64,000 nucleotides of DNA from Eledone cirrhosa (Eukaryota). A program made the translations under genes and the position numbers. The DNA lies in assembly GCA_964016885.1 (NCBI GenBank), contig OZ024741.1, positions 930,001 to 994,000 on the forward strand, in the 5' to 3' direction. The notes below the pieces were generated by a model, which was given only the letters and a program-made list of their open reading frames with translations, did not search any database and had not been told where the DNA came from. This document shows positions 24,001 to 36,000 of this stretch, one piece after another. The stretch's first letter is position 1. Each line of letters opens with the position of its first letter.

Positions 24001-27000
24001 GTTGTTGTTGGTGTTATTGTTGGTGTTGGTGTTATTGTTGTTGTTGGTGTTATTGTTGTTGTTGGTGTTATTGTTGGTGTTGGTGTTATTGTTGTTGTTG
24101 GTGTTATTGCTGTTGTTGGTGTTATTGTTGGTTTTGGTGTTATTGTTGTTGTTGGTGTTATTGTTGGTGTTGGGATTATTGTTTATGTTGCTGTTATTGT
24201 TGTTGTTGTTGTTATTGTTGGTGTTGGTGTTTTTGTTGTTGTTGGTGTTATTGTTGTTGTTGATGTTATTGTTGTTGTTGGTGTTATTGTTGGTGTTGGT
24301 GTTATTGTTATTGTTGGTGTTATTGTGGTTGTTGGTGTTATTGTTGGTGTTGGTGTTATTGTTGTTGTTGTTGTCGGTGTTATTGTATGTGTTGGTGTAA
24401 TTGTTGGTGTTGGTGTTATTGTTGGTGTTGATGTTATTGTTGTTGTTGGTGTTATTGTTGTTGTTGGTGTTATTGTGGTTGTTGGTGTTATTGTTGGTGT
24501 TGGTGTTATTGTTATTGTTGGTGTTATTGTGGTTGTTGGTGTTATTGTTGGTGTTGGTGTTATTGTTGTTGTTTTTGTCGGTGTTACTGTATTTGTTGGT
24601 GTTATTGTTGGTGTTGGTGTTATTGTTGGTGTTGATGTTATTGTTGTTGTTGGTGTTATTGTTGTTGTTGGTGTTATTGTTGGTGTTGGTGTTATTGTTG
24701 TTGTTGGTGTTATTGTTGGTGTTGGTGTTATTGTTGGTGTTGGTGTTATTGTTGTTGTTGGTGTTATTGTGGTTGTTGGTGTTATTGTTGTTGATGATGT
24801 TATTGTTGATGTTGGTGTTATTTTTGTTGTTGGTGTTATTGTTGTTGTTGGTGTTATTGTTGGTGTTGGTGTTATTGTTGTTGTTGGTGTTATTATTGGT
24901 GTTGGTGTTTGTGTTGCTGTTATTATTGTTGTTGGTGTTATTGTTGTTGTTGGTGTTGCTGTTATTGTGGTTGTTGGTGTTATTGTTGGTTTGGTGTTAT
25001 TGTTGTTGTTGGTGTTGGTGTTATTGTTGTTGTTGGTGTTATTGTTGGTGTTGATGTTATTGTTGGTGTTGGTGTTATTGTTGTTGTTGGTGTTACTGTT
25101 ATTGTGGTTGTTGGTGTTATTGTTGGTGTTAGTGTTATTGTTGTTGTTGGTGTTATTGTTGTTGTTGGTGTTATTGTTGTTGTTGGTGTTATTGTTGGTG
25201 TTGATGTTATTGTTGTTGTTGGTGTTGGTGTTATTGTGGTTGTTGGTGTTATTGTTGGTGTTAGTGTTATTGTTGTTGTTGGTGTTATTGTTGTTGTTGG
25301 TGTTATTGTTGTTGTTGGTGTTATTGTTGTTGTTGGTGTTATTGTTGGTGTTGGTGTAATTGTTGTTGTTGGTGTTATTGTTGTTGTTGGTGTTATTGTT
25401 GTTGTTGGTGTTATTGTTGGTGTTGGTGTTATTGTTGTCGTTTGTGTTATTGTTGTTGTTGGTGTTATTGTTGTTGTTGGTGTTATTGTTGGTGTTGGTG
25501 TTATTGTTGTTGTTGGTGTTATTGTTGGTGTTGGTGTTATTGTTGTTGTTGGTGTTATTGTTGGTGTTGGTGTTATTGTTGTTGTTGGTGTTATTGTTGG
25601 TGTTGGTGTTATTGTTGTCGTTTGTGTTATTGTTGTTGTTGATGTTATTGTTGTTGCTGGTGTTATTGTTGGTGTTGGTGTTATTGTTGTTGTTGATGTT
25701 ATTGTTGGTGTTGGTGTTATTGTTGTTGTTGGTGTTATTGTTGTTGTTGGTGTTATTGTTGGTGTTGGTGTTATTGTTGTTGTTGGTGTTATTGTTGTTG
25801 TTGATGTTATTGTTGTTGTTGGTGTTATTGTTGTTGTTGGTGTTATTGTTGGTGTTGGTGTTATTGTTGGTGTTGGTGTTATTGTTGGTGTTGGTGTTAT
25901 TGTTGTTGTTGGTGTTATTGTTGGTGTTGGGGTAATTGTTGTTGTTGGTGTTATTGTTGTTGTTGATGTTATTGTTGTTGTTGGTGTTATTTTTGTTGTT
26001 GGTGTTATTGTTGTTGTTAGTGTTATTGTTGTTGTTGGTGTTATTGTTGGTGTTGGTGTTATTGTTGTTGTTGGTGTTATTGTTGTTGTTGGTGTTATTG
26101 TTGGTTTTGGTGTTATTGTTGTTGTTGGTGTTATTGTTGGTGTTGGGATTATTGTTTATGTTGCTGTTATTGTTGGTGTTGATGTTATTGTTGTTGTTGG
26201 TGTTATTGTTGGTGTTGGTGTTATTGTTGTTGTTGGTGTTATTGTTGTTGTTGGTGTTATTGTTGTTGTTGGTGTTATTGTTGGTGTTGATGTTATTGTT
26301 GTTGTTTGTGTTATTGTCGTTGTTGGTGTTATTGTTGGTGTTGGTGTTATTGTTGTTGTTGGTGTTATTCTTGGTGTTGATGTTATTGTTGTTGTTGGTG
26401 TTATTGTGGTTGTTGGTGTTATTGTTGTTGGTGTTATTGTTGTTGTTGGTGTTATTGTTGTTGTTGGTGTTATTGTTGGTGTTGATGTTATTGTTGTTGT
26501 TGGTGTTATTGTTGGTGTTGGTGTTATTGATGTTGTTGGTGTTATTGTGGTTGTTGGTGTTATTGTTGTTGTTGGTGTTATTGTTGTTGTTGGTGTTATT
26601 GTTGTTGTTGGTGTTATTGTTGTTGTTGGTGTTATTGTTGGTGTTGATGTTATTGTTGTTGTTGGTGTTATTGTTGGTGTTGGTGTTATTGTTGTTGTTG
26701 GTGTTATTGTGGTTGTTGGTGTTATTGTTGTTGATGATGTTATTGTTGATGTTGGTGTTATTTTTGCTGTTGGTGTTATTGTTGTTGTTGGTGTTATTGT
26801 TGGTGTTGGTGTTATTGTTGTTGTTGGTGTTATTATTGGTGTTGGTGTTTGTGTTGCTGTTATTATTGTTGTTGGTGTTATTGTTGTTGTTGGTGTTGCT
26901 GTTATTGTGGTTGTTGGTGTTATTGTTGGTTTGGTGTTATTGTTGTTGTTGGTGTTGGTCTTATTGTTGTTGTTGGTGTTATTGTTGGTGTTGATGTTAT

Positions 27001-30000
27001 TGTTGGTGTTGGTGTTATTGTTGTTGTTGGTGTTGCTGTTATTGTGATTGTTGGTGTTATTGTTGGTGTTAGTGTTATTGTTGTTATTGGTGTTATTGTT
27101 GTTGTTGGTGTTATTGTTGTTGTTGGTGTTATTGTTGGTGTTGATGTTATTGTTGTTGTTGGTGTTGGTGTTATTGTGGTTGTTGGTGTTATTGTTGGTG
27201 TTAGTGTTATTGTTGTTGTTGGTGTTATTGTTGTTGTTGGTGTTATTGTTGTTGTTGGTGTTATTGTTGTTGTTGGTGTTATTGTTGGTGTTGGTGTAAT
27301 TGTTGTTGTTGGTGTTATTGTTGGTGTTGGTGTAATTGTTGTTGTTGGTGTTATTGTTGTTGTTGGTGTTATTGTTGGTGTTGGTGTAATTGTTGGTGTT
27401 GGTGTAATTGTTGTTGTTGGTGTTATTGTTGTTGTTGGTGTTATTGTTGGTGTTGGTGTTATTGTTGTCGTTTGTGTTATTGTTGGTGTTGGTGTTATTG
27501 TTGGTGTTGGTGTTATTGTTGGTGTTGGTGTAATTGTTGTTGTTGGTGTTATTGTTGTTGTTGGTGTTATTGTTGGTGTTGGTGTTATTGTTGTTGTTGG
27601 TGTTATTGTTGTTGTTGGTGTTATTGTTGGTGTTGGTGTAATTGTTGTTGTTGGTGTTATTGTTGTTGTTGGTGTTATTGTTGGTGTTGGTGTTATTGTT
27701 GTCGTTTGTGTTATTGTTGTTGTTGGTGTTATTGTTGGTGTTGGTGTTATTGTTGTTGTTGGTGTTATTGTTGGTGTTGGTGTTATTGTTGTTGTTGGTG
27801 TTATTGTTGGTGTTGGTGTTATTGTTGTTGTTGGTGTTATTGTTGGTGTTGGTGTTATTGTTGTCGTTTGTGTTATTGTTGTTGTTGATGTTATTGTTGT
27901 TGCTGGTGTTATTGTTGGTGTTGGTGTTATTGTTGTTGTTGATGTTATTGTTGGTGTTGGTGTTATTGTTGTTGTTGGTGTTATTGTTGGTGTTGGTGTT
28001 ATTGTTGTTGTTGGTGTTATTGTTGGTGTTGGTGTTATTGTTGTTGTTGGTGTTATTGTTGTTGTTGATGTTATTGTTGTTGTTGGTGTTATTGTTGTTG
28101 TTGGTGTTATTGTTGGTGTTGGTGTTATTGTTGGTGTTGGTGTTATTGTTGGTGTTGGTGTTATTGTTGTTGTTGGTGTTATTGTTGGTGTTGGGGTAAT
28201 TGTTGTTGTTGGTGTTATTGTTGTTGTTGATGTTATTGTTGTTGTTGGTGTTATTTTTGTTGTTGGTGTTATTGTTGTTGTTAGTGTTATTGTTGTTGTT
28301 GGTGTTATTGTTGGTGTTGGTGTTATTGTTGTTGTTGGTGTTATTGTTGTTGTTGGTGTTATTGTTGGTTTTGGTGTTATTGTTGTTGTTGGTGTTATTG
28401 TTGGTGTTGGGATTATTGTTTATGTTGCTGTTATTGTTGTTGTTGTTGTTATTGTTGGTGTTGGTGTTTTTGTTGTTGTTGGTGTTATTGTTGTTGTTGA
28501 TGTTATTGTTGTTGTTGGTGTTATTGTTGGTGTTGGTGTTATTGTTATTGTTGGTGTTATTGTGGTTGTTGGTGTTATTGTTGGTGTTGGTGTTATTGTT
28601 GTTGTTGTTGTCGGTGTTATTGTATGTGTTGGTGTAATTGTTGGTGTTGGTGTTATTGTTGGTGTTGATGTTATTGTTGTTGTTGGTGTTATTGTTGTTG
28701 TTGGTGTTATTGTGGTTGTTGGTGTTATTGTTGGTGTTGGTGTTATTGTTATTGTTGGTGTTATTGTGGTTGTTGGTGTTATTGTTGGTGTTGGTGTTAT
28801 TGTTGTTGTTTTTGTCGGTGTTACTGTATTTGTTGGTGTTATTGTTGGTGTTGGTGTTATTGTTGGTGTTGATATTATTGTTGTTGTTGGTGTTATTGTT
28901 GTTGTTGGTGTTATTGTTGGTGTTGGTGTTATTGTTGTTGTTGGTGTTATTGTTGGTGTTGGTGTTATTGTTGGTGTTGATGTTATTGTTGTTGTTGGTG
29001 TTATTGTTGGTGTTGGTGTTATTGTTGTTGTTGGTGTTATTGTGGTTGTTGGTGTTATTGTTGTTGTTGGTTTTATTGTGGTTGTTGGTGTTATTGTGGT
29101 TGTTGGTGTTATTGTTGGTGTTGATGTTATTGTTGTTGTTGGTGTTATTGTTGTTGTTGGTGTTATTGTTGGTGTTGATGTTATTGTTGTTGGTGTTATT
29201 GTTGTTGTTGGTGTTATTGTGGTTGTTGGTGTTATTGTTGTTGTTGGTGTTATTGTTGTTGTTGGTGTTATTGTTGTTGTTGGTGTTATTGTTGGTGTTG
29301 ATGTTGTTGTTGTTGGTGTTATTGTTGTTGTTGGTGTTATTGTTGTTGTTGGTGTTATTGTTGTTGTTGGTGTTATTGTTGTTGTTGGTGTTATTGTTGG
29401 TGTTGATGTTATTGTTGTTGTTGGTGTTATTGTTGGTGTTGGTGTTATTGTTGGTGTTGGTGTTATTGTTGTTGTTGGTGTTATTGTTGTTGTTGGTGTT
29501 ATTGTTGGTTTTGGTGTTATTGTTGTTGTTGGTGTTATTGTTGTTGTTGGTGTTATCGTTGGTTTTGGTTTTATTGTTGTTGTTGGTGTTATTGTTGGTG
29601 TTGGGATTATTGTTTATGTTGCTGTTATTGTTGTTGTTGATGTTATTGTTGTTGTTGGCGTTATTGTAGGTGTTAGTGTTATTGTTGTTGTTGGTGTTAT
29701 TGTTGTTGGTGTTATTGTTGGTGTTATTGTTGTTGTTGATGTTATTGTTGTTGTTGGTGTTATTGTTGGTGTTGGTGTTATTGTTGTTGTTGGTGTTATT
29801 GTTGTTGTTGGTGTTATTGTTATTGTTGGTGTTGGTGTTATTGTTGTTGTTGGTGTTATTGTTGTTGTTGGTGTTATTGTTGGTGTCGGTGTTATGGTTG
29901 TTGTTGGTGTTATTGTTGTTGTTAGTGTTATTGTTGGTGTTGGTGTTATTGTTGTTGTTTTTGTCTGTGTTACTGTATTTGTTGGTGTTATTGTTGGTGT

Positions 30001-33000
30001 TGGTGTTATTGTTGGTGTTGATGTTATTGTTGTTGTTGGTGTTATTGTTGTTGTTGGTGTTATTGTTGGTGTTGGTGTTATTGTTGTTGTTGGTGTTATT
30101 GTTGGTGTTGGTGTTATTGTTGGTGTTGATGTTATTGTTGTTGTTGGTGTTATTGTTGGTGTTGGTGTTATTGTTGTTGTTGGTGTTATTGTGGTTGTTG
30201 GTGTTATTGTTGTTGTTGGTTTTATTGTGGTTGTTGGTGTTATTGTGGTTGTTGGTGTTATTGTTGGTGTTGATGTTATTGTTGTTGTTGGTGTTATTGT
30301 TGTTGTTGGTGTTATTGTTGGTGTTGATGTTATTGTTGTTGGTGTTATTGTTGTTGTTGGTGTTATTGTGGTTGTTGGTGTTATTGTTGTTGTTGGTGTT
30401 ATTGTTGTTGTTGGTGTTATTGTTGTTGTTGGTGTTATTGTTGGTGTTGATGTTGTTGTTGTTGGTGTTATTGTTGTTGTTGGTGTTATTGTTGTTGTTG
30501 GTGTTATTGTTGTTGTTGGTGTTATTGTTGTTGTTGGTGTTATTGTTGGTGTTGATGTTATTGTTGTTGTTGGTGTTATTGTTGGTGTTGGTGTTATTGT
30601 TGGTGTTGGTGTTATTGTTGTTGTTGGTGTTATTGTTGTTGTTGGTGTTATTGTTGGTTTTGGTGTTATTGTTGTTGTTGGTGTTATTGTTGTTGTTGGT
30701 GTTATTGTTGGTTTTGGTTTTATTGTTGTTGTTGGTGTTATTGTTGGTGTTGGGATTATTGTTTATGTTGCTGTTATTGTTGTTGTTGATGTTATTGTTG
30801 TTGTTGGCGTTATTGTAGGTGTTAGTGTTATTGTTGTTGTTGGTGTTATTGTTGTTGGTGTTATTGTTGGTGTTATTGTTGTTGTTGATGTTATTGTTGT
30901 TGTTGGTGTTATTGTTGGTGTTGGTGTTATTGTTGGTGTTGGTGTTATTGTTGTTGTTGGTGTTATTGTTGGTGTTGGTGTTATTGTTGTTGTTGGTGTT
31001 ATTGTTGGTGTTGGTGTTATTGTTGTCGTTTGTGTTATTGTTGTTGTTGATGTTATTGTTGTTGCTGGTGTTATTGTTGGTGTTGGTGTTATTGTTGTTG
31101 TTGATGTTATTGTTGGTGTTGGTGTTATTGTTGTTGTTGGTGTTATTGTTGGTGTTGGTGTTATTGTTGTTGTTGGTGTTATTGTTGGTGTTGGTGTTAT
31201 TGTTGTTGTTGGTGTTATTGTTGTTGTTGATGTTATTGTTGTTGTTGGTGTTATTGTTGTTGTTGGTGTTATTGTTGGTGTTGGTGTTATTGTTGGTGTT
31301 GGTGTTATTGTTGGTGTTGGTGTTATTGTTGTTGTTGGTGTTATTGTTGGTGTTGGGGTAATTGTTGTTGTTGGTGTTATTGTTGTTGTTGATGTTATTG
31401 TTGTTGTTGGTGTTATTTTTGTTGTTGGTGTTATTGTTGGTGTTGGTGTTATTGTTATTGTTGGTGTTATTGTGGTTGTTGGTGTTATTGTTGGTGTTGG
31501 TGTTATTGTTGTTGTTTTTGTCGGTGTTACTGTATTTGTTGGTGTTATTGTTGGTGTTGGTGTTATTGTTGGTGTTGATATTATTGTTGTTGTTGGTGTT
31601 ATTGTTGGTGTTGGTGTTATTGTTGTTGTTGGTGTTATTGTTGTTGTTGGTGTTATTGTTGGTTTTGGTGTTATTGTTGTTGTTGGTGTTATTGTTGGTG
31701 TTGGGATTATTGTTTATGTTGCTGTTATTGTTGTTGTTGTTGTTATTGTTGGTGTTGGTGTTTTTGTTGTTGTTGGTGTTATTGTTGTTGTTGATGTTAT
31801 TGTTGTTGTTGGTGTTATTGTTGGTGTTGGTGTTATTGTTATTGTTGGTGTTATTGTGGTTGTTGGTGTTATTGTTGGTGTTGGTGTTATTGTTGTTGTT
31901 GTTGTCGGTGTTATTGTATGTGTTGGTGTAATTGTTGGTGTTGGTGTTATTGTTGGTGTTGATGTTATTGTTGTTGTTGGTGTTATTGTTGTTGTTGGTG
32001 TTATTGTGGTTGTTGGTGTTATTGTTGGTGTTGGTGTTATTGTTATTGTTGGTGTTATTGTGGTTGTTGGTGTTATTGTTGGTGTTGGTGTTATTGTTGT
32101 TGTTTTTGTCGGTGTTACTGTATTTGTTGGTGTTATTGTTGGTGTTGGTGTTATTGTTGGTGCTGATGTTATTGTTGTTGTTGGTGTTATTGTTGTTGTT
32201 GGTGTTATTGTTGGTGTTGGTGTTATTGTTGTTGTTGGTGTTATTGTTGGTGTTGGTGTTATTGTTGGTGTTGATGTTATTGTTGTTGTTGGTGTTATTG
32301 TTGGTGTTGGTGTTATTGTTGTTGTTGGTGTTATTGTGGTTGTTGGTGTTATTGTTGTTGTTGGTTTTATTGTGGTTGTTGGTGTTATTGTGGTTGTTGG
32401 TGTTATTGTTGGTGTTGATGTTATTGTTGTTGTTGGTGTTATTGTTGTTGTTGGTGTTATTGTTGGTGTTGATGTTATTGTTGTTGGTGTTATTGTTGTT
32501 GTTGGTGTTATTGTGGTTGTTGGTGTTATTGTTGTTGTTGGTGTTATTGTTGTTGTTGGTGTTATTGTTGTTGTTGGTGTTATTGTTGGTGTTGATGTTG
32601 TTGTTGTTGGTGTTATTGTTGTTGTTGGTGTTATTGTTGTTGTTGGTGTTATTGTTGTTGTTGGTGTTATTGTTGTTGTTGGTGTTATTGTTGGTGTTGA
32701 TGTTATTGTTGTTGTTGGTGTTATTGTTGGTGTTGGTGTTATTGTTGGTGTTGGTGTTATTGTTGTTGTTGGTGTTATTGTTGTTGTTGGTGTTATTGTT
32801 GGTTTTGGTGTTATTGTTGTTGTTGGTGTTATTGTTGTTGTTGGTGTTATTGTTGGTTTTGGTTTTATTGTTGTTGTTGGTGTTATTGTTGGTGTTGGGA
32901 TTATTGTTTATGTTGCTGTTATTGTTGTTGTTGATGTTATTGTTGTTGTTGGCGTTATTGTAGGTGTTAGTGTTATTGTTGTTGTTGGTGTTATTGTTGT

Positions 33001-36000
33001 TGGTGTTATTGTTGGTGTTATTGTTGTTGTTGATGTTATTGTTGTTGTTGGTGTTATTGTTGGTGTTGGTGTTATTGTTGTTGTTGGTGTTATTGTTGTT
33101 GTTGGTGTTATTGTTATTGTTGGTGTTGGTGTTATTGTTGTTGTTGGTGTTATTGTTGTTGTTGATGTTGTTGTTGTTGTTGGTGTTATTGTTGGTGTCG
33201 GTGTTATGGTTGTTGTTGGTGTTATTGTTGTTGTTAGTGTTATTGTTGGTGTTGGTGTTATTGTTGGTGTTGGTGTTATTGTTGTTGTTGGTGTTATTGT
33301 TGTTGTTGGTGTTATTGTTGTTGTTGGTGTTATTGTTGGTGTTATTGTTGTTGTTGGTGTTATTGTTGTTGTTGGTGTTGGTGTTATTGTGGTTGTTGGT
33401 GTTATTGTTGGTGTTGGTGTTATTGTTGTTGTTGGTGTTGGTGTTATTGTTGTTGTTGGTGTTATTGTTGGTGTTGGTGTTATTGTTGTTGTTGGTGTTA
33501 TTGTTGGTGTTGGTGTCATTGTTGTTGTTGGTGTTATTGTTGGTGTTGGTGTTATTGTTGGTGTTGGTGTTATTGTTGTTGTTGGTGTTATTGTTGTTGT
33601 TGCTGTTACTGTGGTTGTTGGTGTTATTGTTGGTGTTGGTGTTATTGTTGCTGTTGGTGTTGGTGTTATTGTTGTTGTTGGTGTTATTGTTGGTGTTGGT
33701 GGTATTGTTGTTGTTGGTGTTGCTGTTATTTTGGTTGTTGGTGTTATTGTTGGTGTTGGTGTTATTGTTGTTGTTGCTGTTGCTGTTATTGTGGTTGTTG
33801 GTGTTATTGTTGGTGTTGGTGTTATTGTTGTTGTCGGTGTTGCTGTTATTGTGGTTGTTGGTGTTATTGTTGGTGTTGGTGTTATTGTTGTTGTTGGTGT
33901 TGCTGTTATTGTGGTTGTTGGTGTTATTGTTGTTGTTGGTGTTATTGTTGGTGTTAATGTTATTGTTGTTGTTGGTGTTATTGTTGGTGTTGGTGTTATT
34001 GTTGTTGTTGGTGTTATTGTTGTTGTTGGTGTTATTGTTGTTGTTGATGTTATTGTTGGTGTTGGTGTTATTGTTGTTGTTGGTGTTATTGTTGGTGTTG
34101 GTGTTATTGTTGTCGTTGGTGTTATTGTTGTTGTTGATGTTATAGTTGTTGCTGGTGTTATTGTTGGTGTTGGTGTTATTGTTGTTGTTGGTGTTATTGT
34201 TGGTGTTGGTTTTATTGTTGTCGTTGGTGTTATTGTTGTTGTTGGTGTTATCGTTGGTGTTGGTGTTATTGTTGGTGTTGGTGTTATTGTTGGTGTTGGT
34301 GTTATTGTTGTTGTTGGTGTTATTGTTGGTGTTGGTGTTATTGTTGTTGTTGGTGTTATTGTTGTTGTTGGTGTTATTGTTGTTGTTGGTGTTGCTGTTA
34401 TTGTGGTTGTTGGTGTTATTGTTGGTGTTGGTGTTATTGTTGTTGTTGGTGTTGGTGTTATTGTTGTTGTTGGTGTTATTGTTGGTGTTGGTGTCATTGT
34501 TGTTGTTGGTGTTATTGTTGGTGTTGGTGTTATTGTTGGTGTTGGTGTTATTGTTGTTGTTGGTGTTATTGATGTTGTTGCTGTTATTGTGGTTGTTGGT
34601 GTTATTGTTGGTGTTGGTGTTATTGTTGTTGTTGGTGTTGGTGTTATTGTTGTTGTTGGTGTTATTGTTGGTGTTGGTGGTATTGTTGTTGTTGGTGTTG
34701 GTGTTATTGTTGTTGTTGGTGTTATTGTTGGTGTTGGTGTTATTGTTGTTGTTGGTGTTATTGTTGGTGTTGGTGTCATTGTTGTTGTTGGTGTTATTGT
34801 TGGTGTTGGTGTTATTGTTGGTGTTGGTGTTATTGTTGTTGTTGGTGTTATTGTTGTTGTTGCTGTTACTGTGGTTGTTGGTGTTATTGTTGGTGTTGGT
34901 GTTATTGTTGCTGTTGGTGTTGGTGTTATTGTTGTTGTTGGTGTTATTGTTGGTGTTGGTGGTATTGTTGTTGTTGGTGTTATTGTTGGTGTTGGTGTTA
35001 TTGTTGTTGTTGCTGTTGCTGTTATTGTGGTTGTTGGTGTTATTGTTGGTGTTGGTGTTATTGTTGTTGTCGGTGTTGCTGTTATTGTGGTTGTTGGTGT
35101 TATTGTTGGTGTTGGTGTTATTGTTGTTGTTGGTGTTGCTGTTATTGTGGTTGTTGGTGTTATTGTTGTTGTTGGTGTTATTGTTGGTGTTAATGTTATT
35201 GTTGTTGTTGGTGTTATTGTTGGTGTTGGTGTTATTGTTGTTGTTGGTGTTATTGTTGTTGTTGGTGTTATTGTTGTTGTTGATGTTATTGTTGGTGTTG
35301 GTGTTATTGTTGTTGTTGGTGTTATTGTTGGTGTTGGTGTTATTGTTGTCGTTGGTGTTATTGTTGTTGTTGATGTTATAGTTGTTGCTGGTGTTATTGT
35401 TGGTGTTGGTGTTATTGTTGTTGTTGGTGTTATTGTTGGTGTTGGTTTTATTGTTGTCGTTGGTGTTATTGTTGTTGTTGGTGTTATCGTTGGTGTTGGT
35501 GTTATTGTTGGTGTTGGTGTTATTGTTGTTGTTGGTGTTATTGTTGGTGTTGGTGTTATTGTTGTTGTTGGTGTTATTGTTGTTGTTGGTGTTATTGTTG
35601 TTGTTGGTGTTGCTGTTATTGTGGTTGTTGGTGTTATTGTTGGTGTTGGTGTTATTGTTGTTGTTGGTGTTGGTGTTATTGTTGTTGTTGGTGTTATTGT
35701 TGGTGTTGGTGTTATTGTTGTTGTTGGTGTTATTGTTGGTGTTGGTGTCATTGTTGTTGTTGGTGTTATTGTTGGTGTTGGTGTTATTGTTGGTGTTGGT
35801 GTTATTGTTGTTGTTGGTGTTATTGTTGGTGTTGGTGGTATTGTTGTTGTTGGTGTTGCTGTTATTGTGGTTGTTGGTGTTATTGTTGGTGTTGGTGTTA
35901 TTGTTGTTGTTGCTGTTGCTGTTATTGTGGTTGTTGGTGTTATTGTTGGTGTTGGTGTTATTGTTGTTGTCGGTGTTGCTGTTATTGTGGTTGTTGGTGT

